64,000 nt of DNA from Octopus sinensis (Eukaryota), in NCBI RefSeq assembly GCF_006345805.1, contig NC_043000.1, positions 99,820,001 to 99,884,000 on the forward strand, written 5' to 3'. A model generated the notes under the pieces. The model made no database searches, had not been told where the DNA came from, and worked only from the letters and a program-made list of their open reading frames with translations. Made by a program: the position numbers and the translations under genes. Shown one piece after another: positions 12,201-25,022 of the stretch. Numbering within the stretch: the stretch's first letter is position 1; every line of letters starts with the position of its first letter.

Positions 12201-12439
12201 CATAGTTCAACAGTGTTGTGGTCTGAGAGTGCTGTTGGCGTCACCCTCCCATTATCAATAATGAATAAGGTCTACATTATTTGTGAAGCAGAGGTCCGAG
12301 ATGTTTTCACTGGCTGGCGTGAGTATCACTTGTTCCATGAAAAACATATAACATTATAATAACATATAGCACACACAGACACACACACACACACACACAC
12401 TCACACACAGACACACATACACACACACACACACTCATT

Positions 12440-12915
12440 CTTCCTGCATCTAGCAGCTCACCTGCGACGGACCGGTGTCTCATTCAGGTGGGGGACCTGT
12501 ACGCTAACGAAACCGGGGAAACCGGCCCTTATGAGCCAGGCATGGGTCGAGAAGGAACAAACAACAACAACATAAGCTCAAGGACACCACGCGCAGCTAG
12601 AATCGAACTCACAACCTTACGATCGTGAGCTGAATACCTATTTATTTATTACCCACAAGGGGCTAAACACAGAGGGGACAAACAAGGACAGACATAGGTA
12701 TTAAGTCGATTACATCGACCCCAGTGCGTAACTGGTACTTAATTTATCGACCCCGAAAGGATGAAAGGCAAAGTCGACCTCGGCGGAATTTGAACTCACA
12801 ACGTAACGCAGACGAAATACCTCTAAGCATTTCGCCCGGCGTGCTAACGTTTCTACCAGCTCACCGCCTTAATCCTGAGCTGGATACCATAACAACTAAG
12901 TCACGCGCCTTCACA
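12440..12915 (-). mobile_element. SINE family C with a nested family B SINE (12640-12870, Tx1-type tail)
   Basis: TSD tgagctg(a/g)atacc at about 12626-12638 and 12876-12888. Confidence 0.8.
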
Positions 12916-13749
12916 TAATAGATGTAACGTCAAGGAAAAGACGAAAGAGAAAAACAAAATGACAATATCTATGATAGAAAAATAGGCAACAGTAGAAACT
13001 GAACCGTTGAGTTACCTTTTGAAGTTCAGATAGTAAATCGTGGTGTGGCCAGAATAAATATTAAATTGTTCTGAATGACATGGCTATCTTCCAAAGCAAG
13101 AGGACGAACAGATTATACTTTCTGCTCGTTTAGGAAAAACACTTCTAATAACAAAATATCTGGTTGAGATACCATCCTTCATGAATAATTTTTTTAGGTT
13201 TTTAGGTTTAGAGCCACATGCAGCAAGGCCATTCTGGAACATCACTTTCTCAAGCTAAATCAGCACAGCCTCCGAAGCCCGACTGTGCATGAAATTGACT
13301 CTGTTAAAGGATATTTTCACCTTCTGATATATTGAGTATAGTTCTTAGAATTACGATTATGTTATTTTTGAAGACATCAATGTTTATCTTTGTTATTATG
13401 AGACTCTTGTGTAGTTCATGCGCGGTCATTCGCGTGTCATTGCATAAGTTCGGAGGATCTGAGTTTCACGCTAAAACGATTAGAGGTCTTGTATTCACCT
13501 ACAGTTATTCCTAAACTTGAAATTAGTTATGCTTTCATTGACAGTCGAGATTAATATAAAGAATTAATTCCTTAATGAAGAATGCTTTTGTTGTAATATA
13601 CACTGTTTTGATATCAACTTTCTTTTTATATCCTTCATCGCTGCTTTTCCTTAAGTTTTAAATACAACCGTTGCTATAAAAACGAACATGCCTTCAGGAT
13701 ATAAGCTTATGTTTTAAGAAGCTAAGTGTATTCAATAAGGAAATTATTC

Positions 13750-14250
13750 AAGGAAAAAAAATATTCCACAAAGTATTTCATATATAATTTGGTACTCTAA
13801 TATTCAAATCGCCAACAACTTTGAAGGATTTCCATATTTTATACCAGAATACGAGAACTTACCCACAGAACTGTCAACAGGTCATTGAAGAAGATGTTAC
13901 GATTTTGGCAGCTCAGCACTAATTATAGATGTATATCCTTGTGATTATAGATTATAAAACTGAATATTCACGTAGAATTGCTTACAAATAATGTGAGGAA
14001 GTCTCTAGCTTGGATCTACATCAAAAGCAAGAAATGCTATGAATATTTTAAGGTCTTGAGTACGGACATGCATATTATAGCATTATTGGGGATAAATGCG
14101 CACATTTAAGTGATCAAAAATTGTCAAAAGGCCACTTTACTCATCACAGATCCCTTTGTGATCTCTAAGCATAAATCCTAGATACTGCCTTACTGGATAT
14201 TTAGTTTCCCAAACTCATTCCATCACTGTTTAATCCACATGTAATATTAA
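13750..14250 (+). pseudogene. Possible heavily decayed class-B (secretin-like) GPCR relic: two hormone-binding-domain-like segments + TM1
   Basis: Manual translation across frameshifts: W..FPYFIPEY..GH*RRCYDFG / W..TNYRC; EVSS-WIYIK-A..; GHAYYS..DKCAH; TGYLVS. Order fits the class-B ectodomain and TM1 but several Cys/Trp are substituted. Confidence 0.3.
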
Positions 14251-15146
14251 ATGATACTCTATGCGGTTCAGTGATTTCTTGCTACTTACTGTTTCGTATA
14301 TACGCATCGTGTGATAAAGGCAGAAGAAAGATAAACCAATAATGTTAGGTTTGAACACATTACTGTAACAATTATTAATGTTTTTATTGCTGTTTTGTTG
14401 AATAGTTTGTTTTGGCTTTAACAAAATTCACATTTGACACTTAGAAGATGAATATTCAGGAACTATATGTTAGATTGATCTAGAATCAGATTGCACATTG
14501 TAACAATGTACATTTATTTGCAAAAGGTATGTGATAGCTTGACAATTATGTGATTTGGTTTGTTGTCTGGACACGTTGTCGTGATATCAGAGAAGTATTA
14601 CTTTAGCTATGGTGCTATGTTATTTATTAGCGACATGAAATAATCATAATATACTTTAGTTCAGGTATATTTCATTTGCTTACGTTCCACGATATAATTA
14701 TTGTAGTATTCTCAATGTGAATAACAGCTTAGATAAATAGATGTCTCATATAAAATGCAACACATAATCGTTAATATAACTCGAAGTATCGTCTTTATCA
14801 TATAAAAGCTATAACCAGTCCAGTCACGATATTTGCACGGATTCCCGTAACTCTCTGTCGCCTCCCATTTCGATTATTCATAGTTGGATTAAGAGCTTTC
14901 ATCAGCTGATTACACAACCATAGATACAGCCTCTATGGATGCCTTGCAATTACTCCCTTGATGGAGAGGAATATAAGAAGCACCATTGGCTCAGTTGGTC
15001 TCTTCCGCTGCTTCTTCACTCTCCGCCATGCTGCAGTCCCATAACTTCGCCGTATCTCTGGTAGAGTGGCAGAACTGGTGTAATGCTGTGCCGAAGAACA
15101 ACCAGTAACTAACCCACGTAACAGATTTATGTGTGTATATATATAC

Positions 15147-15561
15147 TCTTTACTCTTTACTCTTTACTCTTTTACTTGTTTCAGTCATTTGACTGCGGCC
15201 ATGCTGGAACACCGCCTTTAATCAAGCAACTCGACCCCGGGACATATTCTTTGTAAGCCCAGTACTTATTCTATCGGTCTCTTTTTGCCGAACCGCTAAG
15301 TGACGGGGACATAAACACACCAGCATCGGTTGTCAAGCAATGCTAGGGGGACAAACACAGACACACACACGCACACATACATATATATATACATATATAC
15401 GACGGGCTTCTTTCAGTTTCCATCTACCAAATCCACTCACAAGGCTTTGGTCGGCCCGAGGCTATAGTAGAAGACACTTGCCCAAGGTGCCACGCAGTGG
15501 GACTGAAACGGAACCACGTGGTTGATAAACAAGCTACTTACCACACAGCCACTCCTGCGCC

Positions 15562-15563
<2 letters not shown>
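15147..15563 (-). mobile_element. Full-length tRNA-derived SINE family A
   Basis: Minus strand head aggcgcaggagtggctgtgtggtaag, B-box-like segment, internal (TG/TA)n, tail gactgaaacaagt(aaagagt)n; further copies at 21242, 41708 and 46132/51575. Confidence 0.88.
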
Positions 15564-15615
<52 letters not shown>

Positions 15616-15617
15616 AT

Positions 15618-15830
15618 AATCCAAACAAAGAAGAACAAACATGAAAAATGAACAACGCGAGAACGTAGTACAAGTAATGTATTATCAGACGCTCATAAAA
15701 GGAAAGAAAGAGGATTTAATGATTCGAGCAATGCTCTTCTTCAGAAACAGAGGAAAGTTCAAAAGAAGGGAAAATGGAGGAAGAAATTCACACGTGGTTA
15801 CATTTTGAAATGACCCGAAGGGAATGGGTG
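15618..15830 (-). mobile_element. Penelope-type pLTR fragment with degenerate hammerhead motif
   Basis: Homologous to 58862-59090; minus strand CTGAAGA-A-GAGC/GCTC-GAAT at 15712-15749. Confidence 0.55.
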
Positions 15831-16607
15831 AAGAAAAAGTTCTCAGACAGGAGGGTGTAAGAGAAGGAGGTATGTGTGTGTGTATGTGTGGGTATGTGCG
15901 TGCACGCAGGTCTTTGTGCGCGTGTGTAATAATAGGACGTGCGTGTGCGTATGTATGTGTATGTGTTGTGTGTGCGTGTGCGTGTGGTTTTGGCTGTTTA
16001 TATGTGTATGTGTGTGTATGAGCGTGTGTATGTGAGTGTTGTATGGGGTGAGGTATATGTGCGTTATTGTGTGCGTGTGTATGTGCGCGTGTTTGCACGT
16101 ATGCGCGTGTGTATGTGCATGCGTTCATGTGTGTGCGTGGTTGCGTGTATTTTTCGTGTGTGTGTATATGCACGTGTGTGCGTGTGCGTGTGTACAAAGG
16201 AATAAAATAAAATATAACAAATTATAATAAGATAAGGTTGCTAGGGGATTACCCGTGATCCCTTGGGTCACCCGGAGACTCAGTTTCCTAGCAACGGCGT
16301 TTTGTTTCGTGGGTTTTTTTTCTTATTCAGGTTATTTCGCATGCTTTCTCGAACGTGACATCGAAATCACGCGTAAACGACTCCTTTCTCCCAGAATGAT
16401 TTGGCTGCTATTTCTTGCACGTAACAGGTACCACATAACAGGTATGTCGGATCCTCTGTCACAAATAGCTGTTACGTAGTAGCAAGGCGTGCTAGAAATA
16501 GCAGCCAAATCTTTGGATGTGAGATAACGTTGAATGTACTCGAAAATAAACCTGGGGAAAAAAAAACAACTATTTCACACCGAAGTTACGAAATTCATGG
16601 TATATAT

Positions 16608-16890
16608 GTGTTTATGTATGTATGTATGTATGTATGTATGTATGTATGTATGCATGTATGTATGTATGTATGTATGTATGTATGTATGTATGTATTTATG
16701 TATGTATGTATGTACGTATGCATGTATGTATGTATATCTGTATGCATGTGCGTGCGGATATATGTATATATGCATGCACTATGCAGATGTATACATACAT
16801 ATGCATGTATATATTTATGTATGTATGTATGTATGTCTGTCTGTATGTATGTATGTATGTATGTATGTATGTATGTATGTATGTATGTGT
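16608..16890. repeat. (TATG)n microsatellite
   Basis: Visible directly in the sequence. Confidence 0.95.
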
Positions 16891-17001
16891 GTGAGCATTT
16901 ATGCATGTAAATGTGTAGACGCGTCTGCGTGTGTGTATATCTGTTTTATATGTAAACGTGCGCATGTGTGTGTGCGTATGTGTTTTGTTTGCCTTTATTA
17001 A

Positions 17002-18365
17002 CCTAAGGCTTTAGATACTATTAGCCGCCCACCACTATGGAATGTCCTGCAGAGGTCTGGATGCCCTCCTAAGCTGTTTGCCATAATTCGCCAGTTCCAT
17101 AATGGCATGCAAGCACGTGTGACATTGGGTGGTGATCAGTCTGACTACTTCAACGTTCAAGTTGGTGTTAAACAAGGCTGTGTTCTGGCCCCTGTCCCCT
17201 TCAATGTGTTCTTTGTAGCTGTGACCTTACTATCACGCTACGACCTTAACGCAGAAGGTATCCCAAATCGATATTGCCATGATGGCAGTCTTTTCAACTT
17301 AAGGAGACTAAAATCACTAACAACGACTCAGTCCACTACTCTCTTCGAATTATAGTAAGCTGATGACTGCGAAGATCTCGCCCACGAACCAGCCAGCCTT
17401 CAGCAGAACCTAGACGCTATGTGCAACGCCTATCGTCGGGCTGAAATCCAGGTCAACACCAAGAAAACAGAGATCTTCCAACGCTCCAAAAATGGTTCAC
17501 CCCCTGTAACTCTTTCGATCCTAGACAACCAACTAAAGAACACCGAGAAATTCACCTATTTGGGTAGCATCATATCAAGCAATGGGGTCATTGACCGAGA
17601 AATTCAGAATCGCATCCCCCTTGCCTCCTCCGCTTTTGGGCGTCTCGTGGATTGGGTCTTCCTTAATCGTGATTTGAATCTCTCCACGAAAATCGAGGTT
17701 TATCGTGTTGTTGTGGTTTCCACGTTTCTGTGTGCCTCAGAAACCTGGACATTTTATCGTCGTCATGTCTAACTCCTCGAATCCTTTCATACCCGCTGTC
17801 TCCAGCGCAATCTTCATGTGACCTAGAAGGACAAGACCCCACATACTGAGATCCTGAGATGAGCGAAGCTGACCAGCATCGAATGCATGATCCTCGAACG
17901 TCAACTGTGCTGGGTGGGGCATGTTATCAGGATGCTGGAAAACCGTATACCCAAGATTGTCCTTTTTGGGGAGTTAGCAGAGGGTAATCGACCGCACGGA
18001 GGTCCAAAGAAGCGATATAAAGATCATTTCAAGAAATCCCTGAAGCTCTGCAATATCCCCCCTGGTGAACTTGAAACACTGGCCACAGACCGTACTACTT
18101 GGAGGGGTATGGTCAAAACTGGTACGCAGCATTTTGAGGATAAGCGGACTAGACTTCGCGAAGAAAAGTGGTGACAGCTCAAGGAACGTCAGCAAAATCC
18201 TAGACGAGCTCATCTTCGTCGGAGCCCTCTTCGCTGCTCTCAGTGTAATCGGACATGTGCCTCCAGAATTGGCCTTTTCAGCTACGAGAGGGCCTGCCAA
18301 CGCCATCAAGACAACCCCTAAGGATCAAAGACGACGCCGTCATCTGTCAAGAAGGACTGCCTAAA
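17002..18365 (+). mobile_element. 5'-truncated RTE-clade LINE (RT C-terminal half), decayed
   Basis: GVKQGCVLAP, DGSLFNLRRL, *ADD, EKFTYLGS, ASSAFGRL, SETWT, QLCWVGHVIRM..RIPKIVLFGEL..GGPKKRYKD, terminal C..C.RTCASRIGLFS; A/C-rich tail. Confidence 0.92.
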
Positions 18366-18787
18366 ACAAAAACAACAAAACAAAAAACAAACAAACATAT
18401 GTAAACGTATGTTTATGTACTGATATGTGTGTCTGTTGTATATATGATTGTTAATCTGTCGAAGTTTGTATGTATGTATATTTACTGTAAAAAAAAAATC
18501 ATATATTTCCGTTGTCAAATCAGTCTAATCGAAAGGTTAGAGTTTTTTCCCTTTCAGGATGAAATTATATTCGAAACATATTCACATTATGCACTGTTTT
18601 CAGTATTTATACCCTTAACCCAGAATATCTCAATAACTACTACTCCAATTTACGCGAAACATTAAGATAGTGCTTTTGTTGGCTATTGAGTTGTTTTGCC
18701 TTTTATTTCTAGCAATACTGGTGCGTGTTAGTGCCGTATATATTTCTTCTTTTAGGTTGTAAAATTGTGAATTAGCCACCCATATTA

Positions 18788-18788
<1 letters not shown>

Positions 18789-18868
<80 letters not shown>
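18789..18868. repeat. Pure (CA)n microsatellite
   Basis: Visible directly in the sequence. Confidence 0.97.
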
Positions 18869-18876
<8 letters not shown>

Positions 18877-18887
18877 TATATGTATAA

Positions 18888-19168
18888 ACAATTGCAGCGT
18901 AGGTGGTTTTTATAAGCCATTTAAAAACACACAAAATCCGTTGGATTCACTTCAACATTTAAATTTAATTTACCAAAATATTTTCGTCGCTTTGAAACCG
19001 CGACCTGATCACTGGCAAAATTCCGTAATGCATCTTTTTGTCAGTGATCAGGTGGCGGTCTCAAAGCGACGAAAACATTTTGGCAAGTTAAATTCAGATG
19101 TTGAAGTGAATCTAATGGTTTTTGTTTGTTTTTAAATGGGTCATAAACACCTTCCACGCTGCAATTTT
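18888..19168. repeat. Fold-back element: about 130-bp imperfect inverted arms with a short spacer
   Basis: aattgcagcgt..ttcgtcgctttgaaaccgcgacctgatcactg versus cagtgatcaggtggcggtctcaaagcgacgaa..acgctgcaatt. Confidence 0.85.
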
Positions 19169-19221
19169 TTTGTTTCAGCACACGATCTCAGATCAGGTCA
19201 CTTGCTATGCAAGTACATCTT

Positions 19222-19269
<48 letters not shown>

Positions 19270-19720
19270 GGTATAAGATAAAAATTTCAGATATTTATCT
19301 TAAACATTCAGACAAGCAAATTCATAATTCAGATGTATGACATGAGATACTATTCCATTCAAATAACCACATATTTATATTAAGACATAGATGATAAAAA
19401 TCTAGAAATATAAGAATTTAAACATATAAAATATAAAGAGTAATATGAAAGTTGAAAATATAGTTAGAATAGATTAAAGGAGACGAATGAAAGAATCATT
19501 CCAAACCTACGGCAGTTTCAGAAATGTTTTAAGGGGCTGTAGGAAATAATCAAAATTCAACTCCCTGTATAAAAATATTTCCTTCCTCAGGGTTCCTTTC
19601 TCGTGGTAAAAGCAAGTAAAGCATTACATAGTGAAATTTCAGTTGGTCTTTGAGGATTCTATATATATATATATATGTATGTATGTATGTATGCATGTGT
19701 TGTGTGTGTGTATGTGTGTA

Positions 19721-19751
<31 letters not shown>

Positions 19752-19776
19752 GTATAGCTAAAAAAGTAAATAAAGA

Positions 19777-20385
19777 TGGAAAAGGCACAAATATATTTTA
19801 GAGAATGTTTAATATTGCTGTTACCGTGAGTGATTTAAAATAAAACCGGTTTCGATGTATCCATCTTATCAAATGTTAGAAATAATTTTTTGGGAAGTCA
19901 CAGAGAAAAAAATGGTTTAGTGGTTTGGTGGTTAAATTTAACCACTAAACCATTTTCCCTCAATAGAAAAAGAAAAGAAGAAAATGCTTATGACAATATA
20001 GTCCAAACACACACACACAGACACGCACGTACACACAGCTGGCCAAACTATGAATAAGAAGCCTCCCATTCAACTCAAAAGACTTCTTTCAATAAAATTC
20101 CTGAAACTTAAACTCTTGAATCCCACCCCAAATCTACATGGACAAACATATATAAGAGAATGACTGACTCTAAAGTAAAATTTCACTAAGAACTCAAATA
20201 TGGCCACAAACTGTTAAACCATCAACCCTCAAATTTTTTTCTCTCTGACTTAAAAAAAGATCTTTTTAATATTTGATAGGATGGATACATTGAAACCGCT
20301 TATATTTTAAAACACTCACTGTAACAATAATATTAAACATTCTCTAAAATATACTGCCTTTTCTAACTTTATTTACTTTTTTAAC
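19777..20385. mobile_element. Inverted pair of about 110-bp Penelope-type pLTR copies with about 380-bp spacer
   Basis: 19777-19880 is the reverse complement of about 20265-20385; each carries TTGATA(A/G)-GATG/CAT(C/T)-GAAACCG. Confidence 0.65.
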
Positions 20386-20535
20386 CATGATTTTTGATTT
20401 GTATGGACTCTTAACCCCTTTTCAACTACATCTATATATGTATACACACACGCACACACACACATACATACGCACATATATACATTCATATATATGTATG
20501 TGTATGTACGTATATATATATGTATGTGTATGTAC

Positions 20536-20572
<37 letters not shown>

Positions 20573-20576
<4 letters not shown>

Positions 20577-20684
20577 CCTGCTCGCTTAGCCAGCGGGGTG
20601 GCGTCATTTGAAGGCTAAAACAATGCGAAGCACATTGTGACCAGCGATGTGTAACAACATCTGATAGCCTGATCGGTCACGGTG

Positions 20685-20685
<1 letters not shown>
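20573..20685 (+). mobile_element. About 110-bp structured interspersed repeat in (TA)n, copy 1
   Basis: Near-identical to 24903-25022. Confidence 0.8.
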
Positions 20686-20744
<59 letters not shown>

Positions 20745-21055
20745 TGTGTGTGTGTGCATACAGAAAAAGTAAATATTATTGTAGGCAAGTTACAAGAATA
20801 ATGTAACGCAGATAAGGAAATGTACAATTCCTTTTGTATAAGAATAAACAAAATTATTATTGTTATTCCATAATATGCGATTAGAATCAAATTGCTTCGA
20901 AATACATTATTATACAACGGTTCCACTCCTCATTGCTGATAGTATACATAATGTGCATGAATAATGTCTGATTACAGTCATGACATATCATAGTGTATCG
21001 ACCGGAAGTAGCCTTGTTTTTAATATATATACATGCATATATATATATTGCATGC

Positions 21056-21176
<121 letters not shown>

Positions 21177-21197
21177 AATATATCTATATCAATATCT

Positions 21198-21241
<44 letters not shown>

Positions 21242-21242
<1 letters not shown>

Positions 21243-21390
21243 GGCACAGGAGTGGCTATGTGGTAAGTAGCTTGCTTACCGACCACATGGTTTCCGGTTC
21301 AGTCCCACTTCGTGTTACCTTGCTATGGCCTCGGACCGACCAAAGCCTTGTGAGTGGACTTGGTAGACGGAAACTGAAAGAAGCCCGTCG

Positions 21391-21437
<47 letters not shown>

Positions 21438-21640
21438 ATGTTTGTATGTTTGTGTGTTTGTGTTTGTTCCCCCCACCATCACTTGTGTGTTTATGTTAGC
21501 GGTTCGGCAAAAGAGAACCGATGGAATAAGTACTAGGCTTATAAATAATAAGTCCTGGGGTCGATTTGTTCGACTACAAGGCGGTGCTCCAGCATGGTCG
21601 CAGTCAAATGACTGAAACAAATAAGGGAAAAGAAAAGAAT
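21242..21640 (+). mobile_element. SINE family A (internal deletions)
   Basis: aggcacaggagtggctatgtggtaag..ggttcagtccc..gcagtcaaatgactgaaac. Confidence 0.88.
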
Positions 21641-21764
21641 AAATGATTATATATATACTGGGTAACAGGGAAGTAGTGCTATCTACTTTAGTAACATACA
21701 TTTGTATTATTACTTTAGTAACATAATATAAATATACTGGGTAACAAGGGCGGTAACATTATGT

Positions 21765-22600
21765 ACTTGTCAAAGAAGGTAAATATATTTCCACTAATGT
21801 TGATATTTGAAGTGAAAGTGTATGCCGACTGATATTTTGCAATAAAATATATTTCTATGTTAATTCATCGTTATTTTGTTGTATTTTCCGCACATTGGTA
21901 TACTGTGAATAGTTCTGCACATTGATGTAGATGTTCAACAAATGGAATTTTTCCAGTAACCAGGCCACGTATTTGTTGTCCATGAACCGTCATCCCTTTC
22001 CTAAAAGACGTATTTGTTTGGACAATGAATGTAATTCTCATCGTATCCACAGTATGTCTTCACATAAATTAAGTTTTCGATAAGCATTGAAGATTATTTC
22101 TCAATAATATTTTTCATTTTTAACAGAATACTAAACTTTCGAATACATTAATACAAATTCCACGAGTTGATCTTCTGCATTTTTTTATTGTCGGGTTTGT
22201 ATTTGTGAAGATAACTGGACATGTGTTATTTTCTTTAGTGGTGTAGCTGATTTTTGCTTTTAATTAACTTTTGTGTTTCCAAAATTCGTCTCATTTTTAG
22301 ATGGCATTTGAAAAGTGGTAAATTTTGATTACCAGTATTAAAGGTTATGTGCTGGAATAAATGTTGAAACATTTATTTCTCTTCTGTAAACATTGTGTGT
22401 TAATATATCCGAAAGCTCAGAGTTCTGTTTCCAATAGTAACAAAATTTTAAATTAAAAAGAATGTTATGTAATTATCTGAAAAATTAATTAATATGTCCT
22501 TACATACTGTGAATATCTAAAGAATCAAGCTTGCAGAACAAGCATATATCTTCGTAAAAGAATAACCGTTCATCGAAACAAACATGATGTTCGAATACTA
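21765..22600 (-). pseudogene. Possible decayed class-B GPCR ectodomain/TM1 relic
   Basis: Minus-strand fragments TCPVIF; GYD..CPNKYVF*ERDDGSW..GYWKNSIC; IEIYFIA..ISGNIFTFFDK followed by gt. Confidence 0.2.
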
Positions 22601-22786
22601 AAAAAATTCTGCTCCGTTAACATTTAGATGATGTGCAAGAATTTAGCAGTTATATTTTAGCTATTCTTATTATATCAGAAATGTAAAAGAACAACAAAGA
22701 ATTAACAAAGAACCATTAGTTTTGATGTGCTAATTAATATAATATATATATATATAATATTATATATAATATATATATATATTATA

Positions 22787-23459
22787 CGAGGATGAGTCAA
22801 AAATAAAACGACTCTTGTTTTTTCAATGTATTTACACAAAAGTAGGTGATATATAAGTACATCATTTTTCTATATAGTCTCCTTCCTTTTCGATGCACTT
22901 GGTCCAGCGGTTCACAAATTTGCATATTCCCATAAGAAGATCTTCAGTTGGTTGTACAATCATTTATGCAGCGCTCCCTTCACATCCTTATCCGTAGGAA
23001 TCGACGACCTCGTAAACCATCTTTAAGAGGTCCAATGATAGTCGAAAGGAGCGAGATCTAGGCTGCTGACAGAGTGTTCCAGCACCTCAAAACCTAATTG
23101 TTTAATGGTTTCAGAGGTCTGGGCGTGCATTGTCAAAACTTTCTTCAACAATAGGCTTCGGCGTTTGGTGCAAATTGCTGGCTTCAGTTTGTTGTCCAGC
23201 AAAGCACTGTATCTTGCACTGTTGATCATACACCCCTTTTCCAGAGAAATCGATCATTGTTCTTTGTTCTTCGGTGCACATTGCTAGTGGAGCGGCATGC
23301 CTACACTGTAAAGTCAGAGAAAGAAATGGCGCGACTAGGCACAAATGTTGATCACGTGACCAGAATAGTACCGACTATAAGCACGCATGCGCAGAAGGCA
23401 GTGTGATAATGATAAAGACATGTTATTGCGAAAGTGCAGATAATTTTGACTTACCCTCG
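22787..23459 (-). mobile_element. Internally deleted mariner element
   Basis: TIRs cgaggatgagtcaaaa / ttttgacttaccctcg with TA flanks; LGFEVLEHSVSSLDLAPFDYH (YSPDLAP motif). Confidence 0.88.
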
Positions 23460-23539
23460 TATATATATATATATATATATCTATATATATATATATATAT
23501 TATATATATATATACAAATACACGAATGCACACACACAT

Positions 23540-24025
23540 GTGGCCAAAGAGTATGTGAGTAGTTGTATTTACGTAATGTAGTAAAGCGGACTGTCGTTGT
23601 TTGGACTCGAAAACCTGATAAAATGCAAATGTGACCCACATCCCTATGGAATACGAGTTATGATTAGGTAGAACAAAATTCTACAATTAACAAAGTAGAT
23701 ATTATCAACTTGGAATTTGCTATAATTTAACTATAAAGAATGTTATCATATATACGATTTTTATAGTACTTGACAACATAATTTTACAATTTTTCTAGCC
23801 AATCAAGATTATAAATATTGTGGCTTGCTCTCTCCAATTCACATACTTTCTACATAAATATAACCTCTGTGCGCATGCATGCGCGCGCACACACACACAT
23901 ACACACACTCGCATTCCATAGGGATGTGGGTCATATTTGCATTTTATCTGGTTTTCGAGTTCAAACAACAAAAGACCGCTTTACTAAATTATATAAATAC
24001 AATCACACACATACCATTCGGCCAC
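23540..24025. mobile_element. MITE-like element with about 120-bp terminal inverted repeats
   Basis: 23540-23658 is the reverse complement of about 23907-24025 (gtgacccacatccctatggaat / attccatagggatgtgggtca); no clear TSD. Confidence 0.7.
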
Positions 24026-24390
24026 GATAACCACTTTCCGCCATCAAATTTCGAACAAGTAAACATATCATTAAACCAGATACTATGCATTGCCCCCTAA
24101 ATATCTCGCAAATCTGAAAGACTCTTAATCCTCAACGGAGACGTTGTCTTGTTGTTAACACATGTCTTGTTGTTAACGCTCATGGACTCAGAATATAAAT
24201 ATATGCTATAAACAGCTAAGGTTTATGTATACTAAGAAACATAGCATAAAGTGGAAACGTGGATAGGAGCCCCCATTTGTATCACACGAATTTTATTTGA
24301 GTTTTTGGTAGTCTCTTTACCTCTCCATATATATATATAAATGCTCTAATATCTATACAGCCTGTTTTTTTATCTTATTACGCAAAAATT

Positions 24391-24495
<105 letters not shown>

Positions 24496-24835
24496 ACAAA
24501 GTGAAGTTGTAAGATACCGCACGAGTGGAAATATACATGAAACAAGGTTTGAAAATGCAATTTTAAAAGGTGTTTATTCACTTCAACGGTTTCACTTTTT
24601 TAGAAAAAGATTGTCAAAAGTAAAATGTAAAAGCTTTGTAAAAACTTTGTTGTGTTAAGTACTGGTTGTCACAAAATATTACAATACGCATATATACATT
24701 CTTTGATAATAATAAGAAAAATGTTAACATAGTTTACAAGGGAAAATCTTGAGAAAATGTTAAAAATCATGTTTGTTTGGAAGTATCTATATATATACAC
24801 AGAAAATTATAAGTCCAAAAAGGTCATATTTTGGT

Positions 24836-24898
<63 letters not shown>

Positions 24899-24902
24899 TA
24901 TA

Positions 24903-25022
24903 TGGCCTGCTCGCTTAGCCAGCGGGGTGGTATCATTCGAAGGCTAAAACAATGCGAACGCATTGTGACCAGCGATGTGTAACAACATCTGATGGTCTGG
25001 TCGGTCACGGTGATCACGGTGA
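24903..25022 (+). mobile_element. About 110-bp structured interspersed repeat in (TA)n, copy 2
   Basis: Near-identical to 20573-20685; ends cacggtgat x2. Confidence 0.8.

Noticed and set aside
16237-16512. Two small inverted repeats (gttgctagg/cctagcaac; atttggctgctatttc/gaaatagcagccaaat)
   Set aside because: Probably fragments of common MITE/SINE-related repeats (the motif recurs near 4475); too short to classify.
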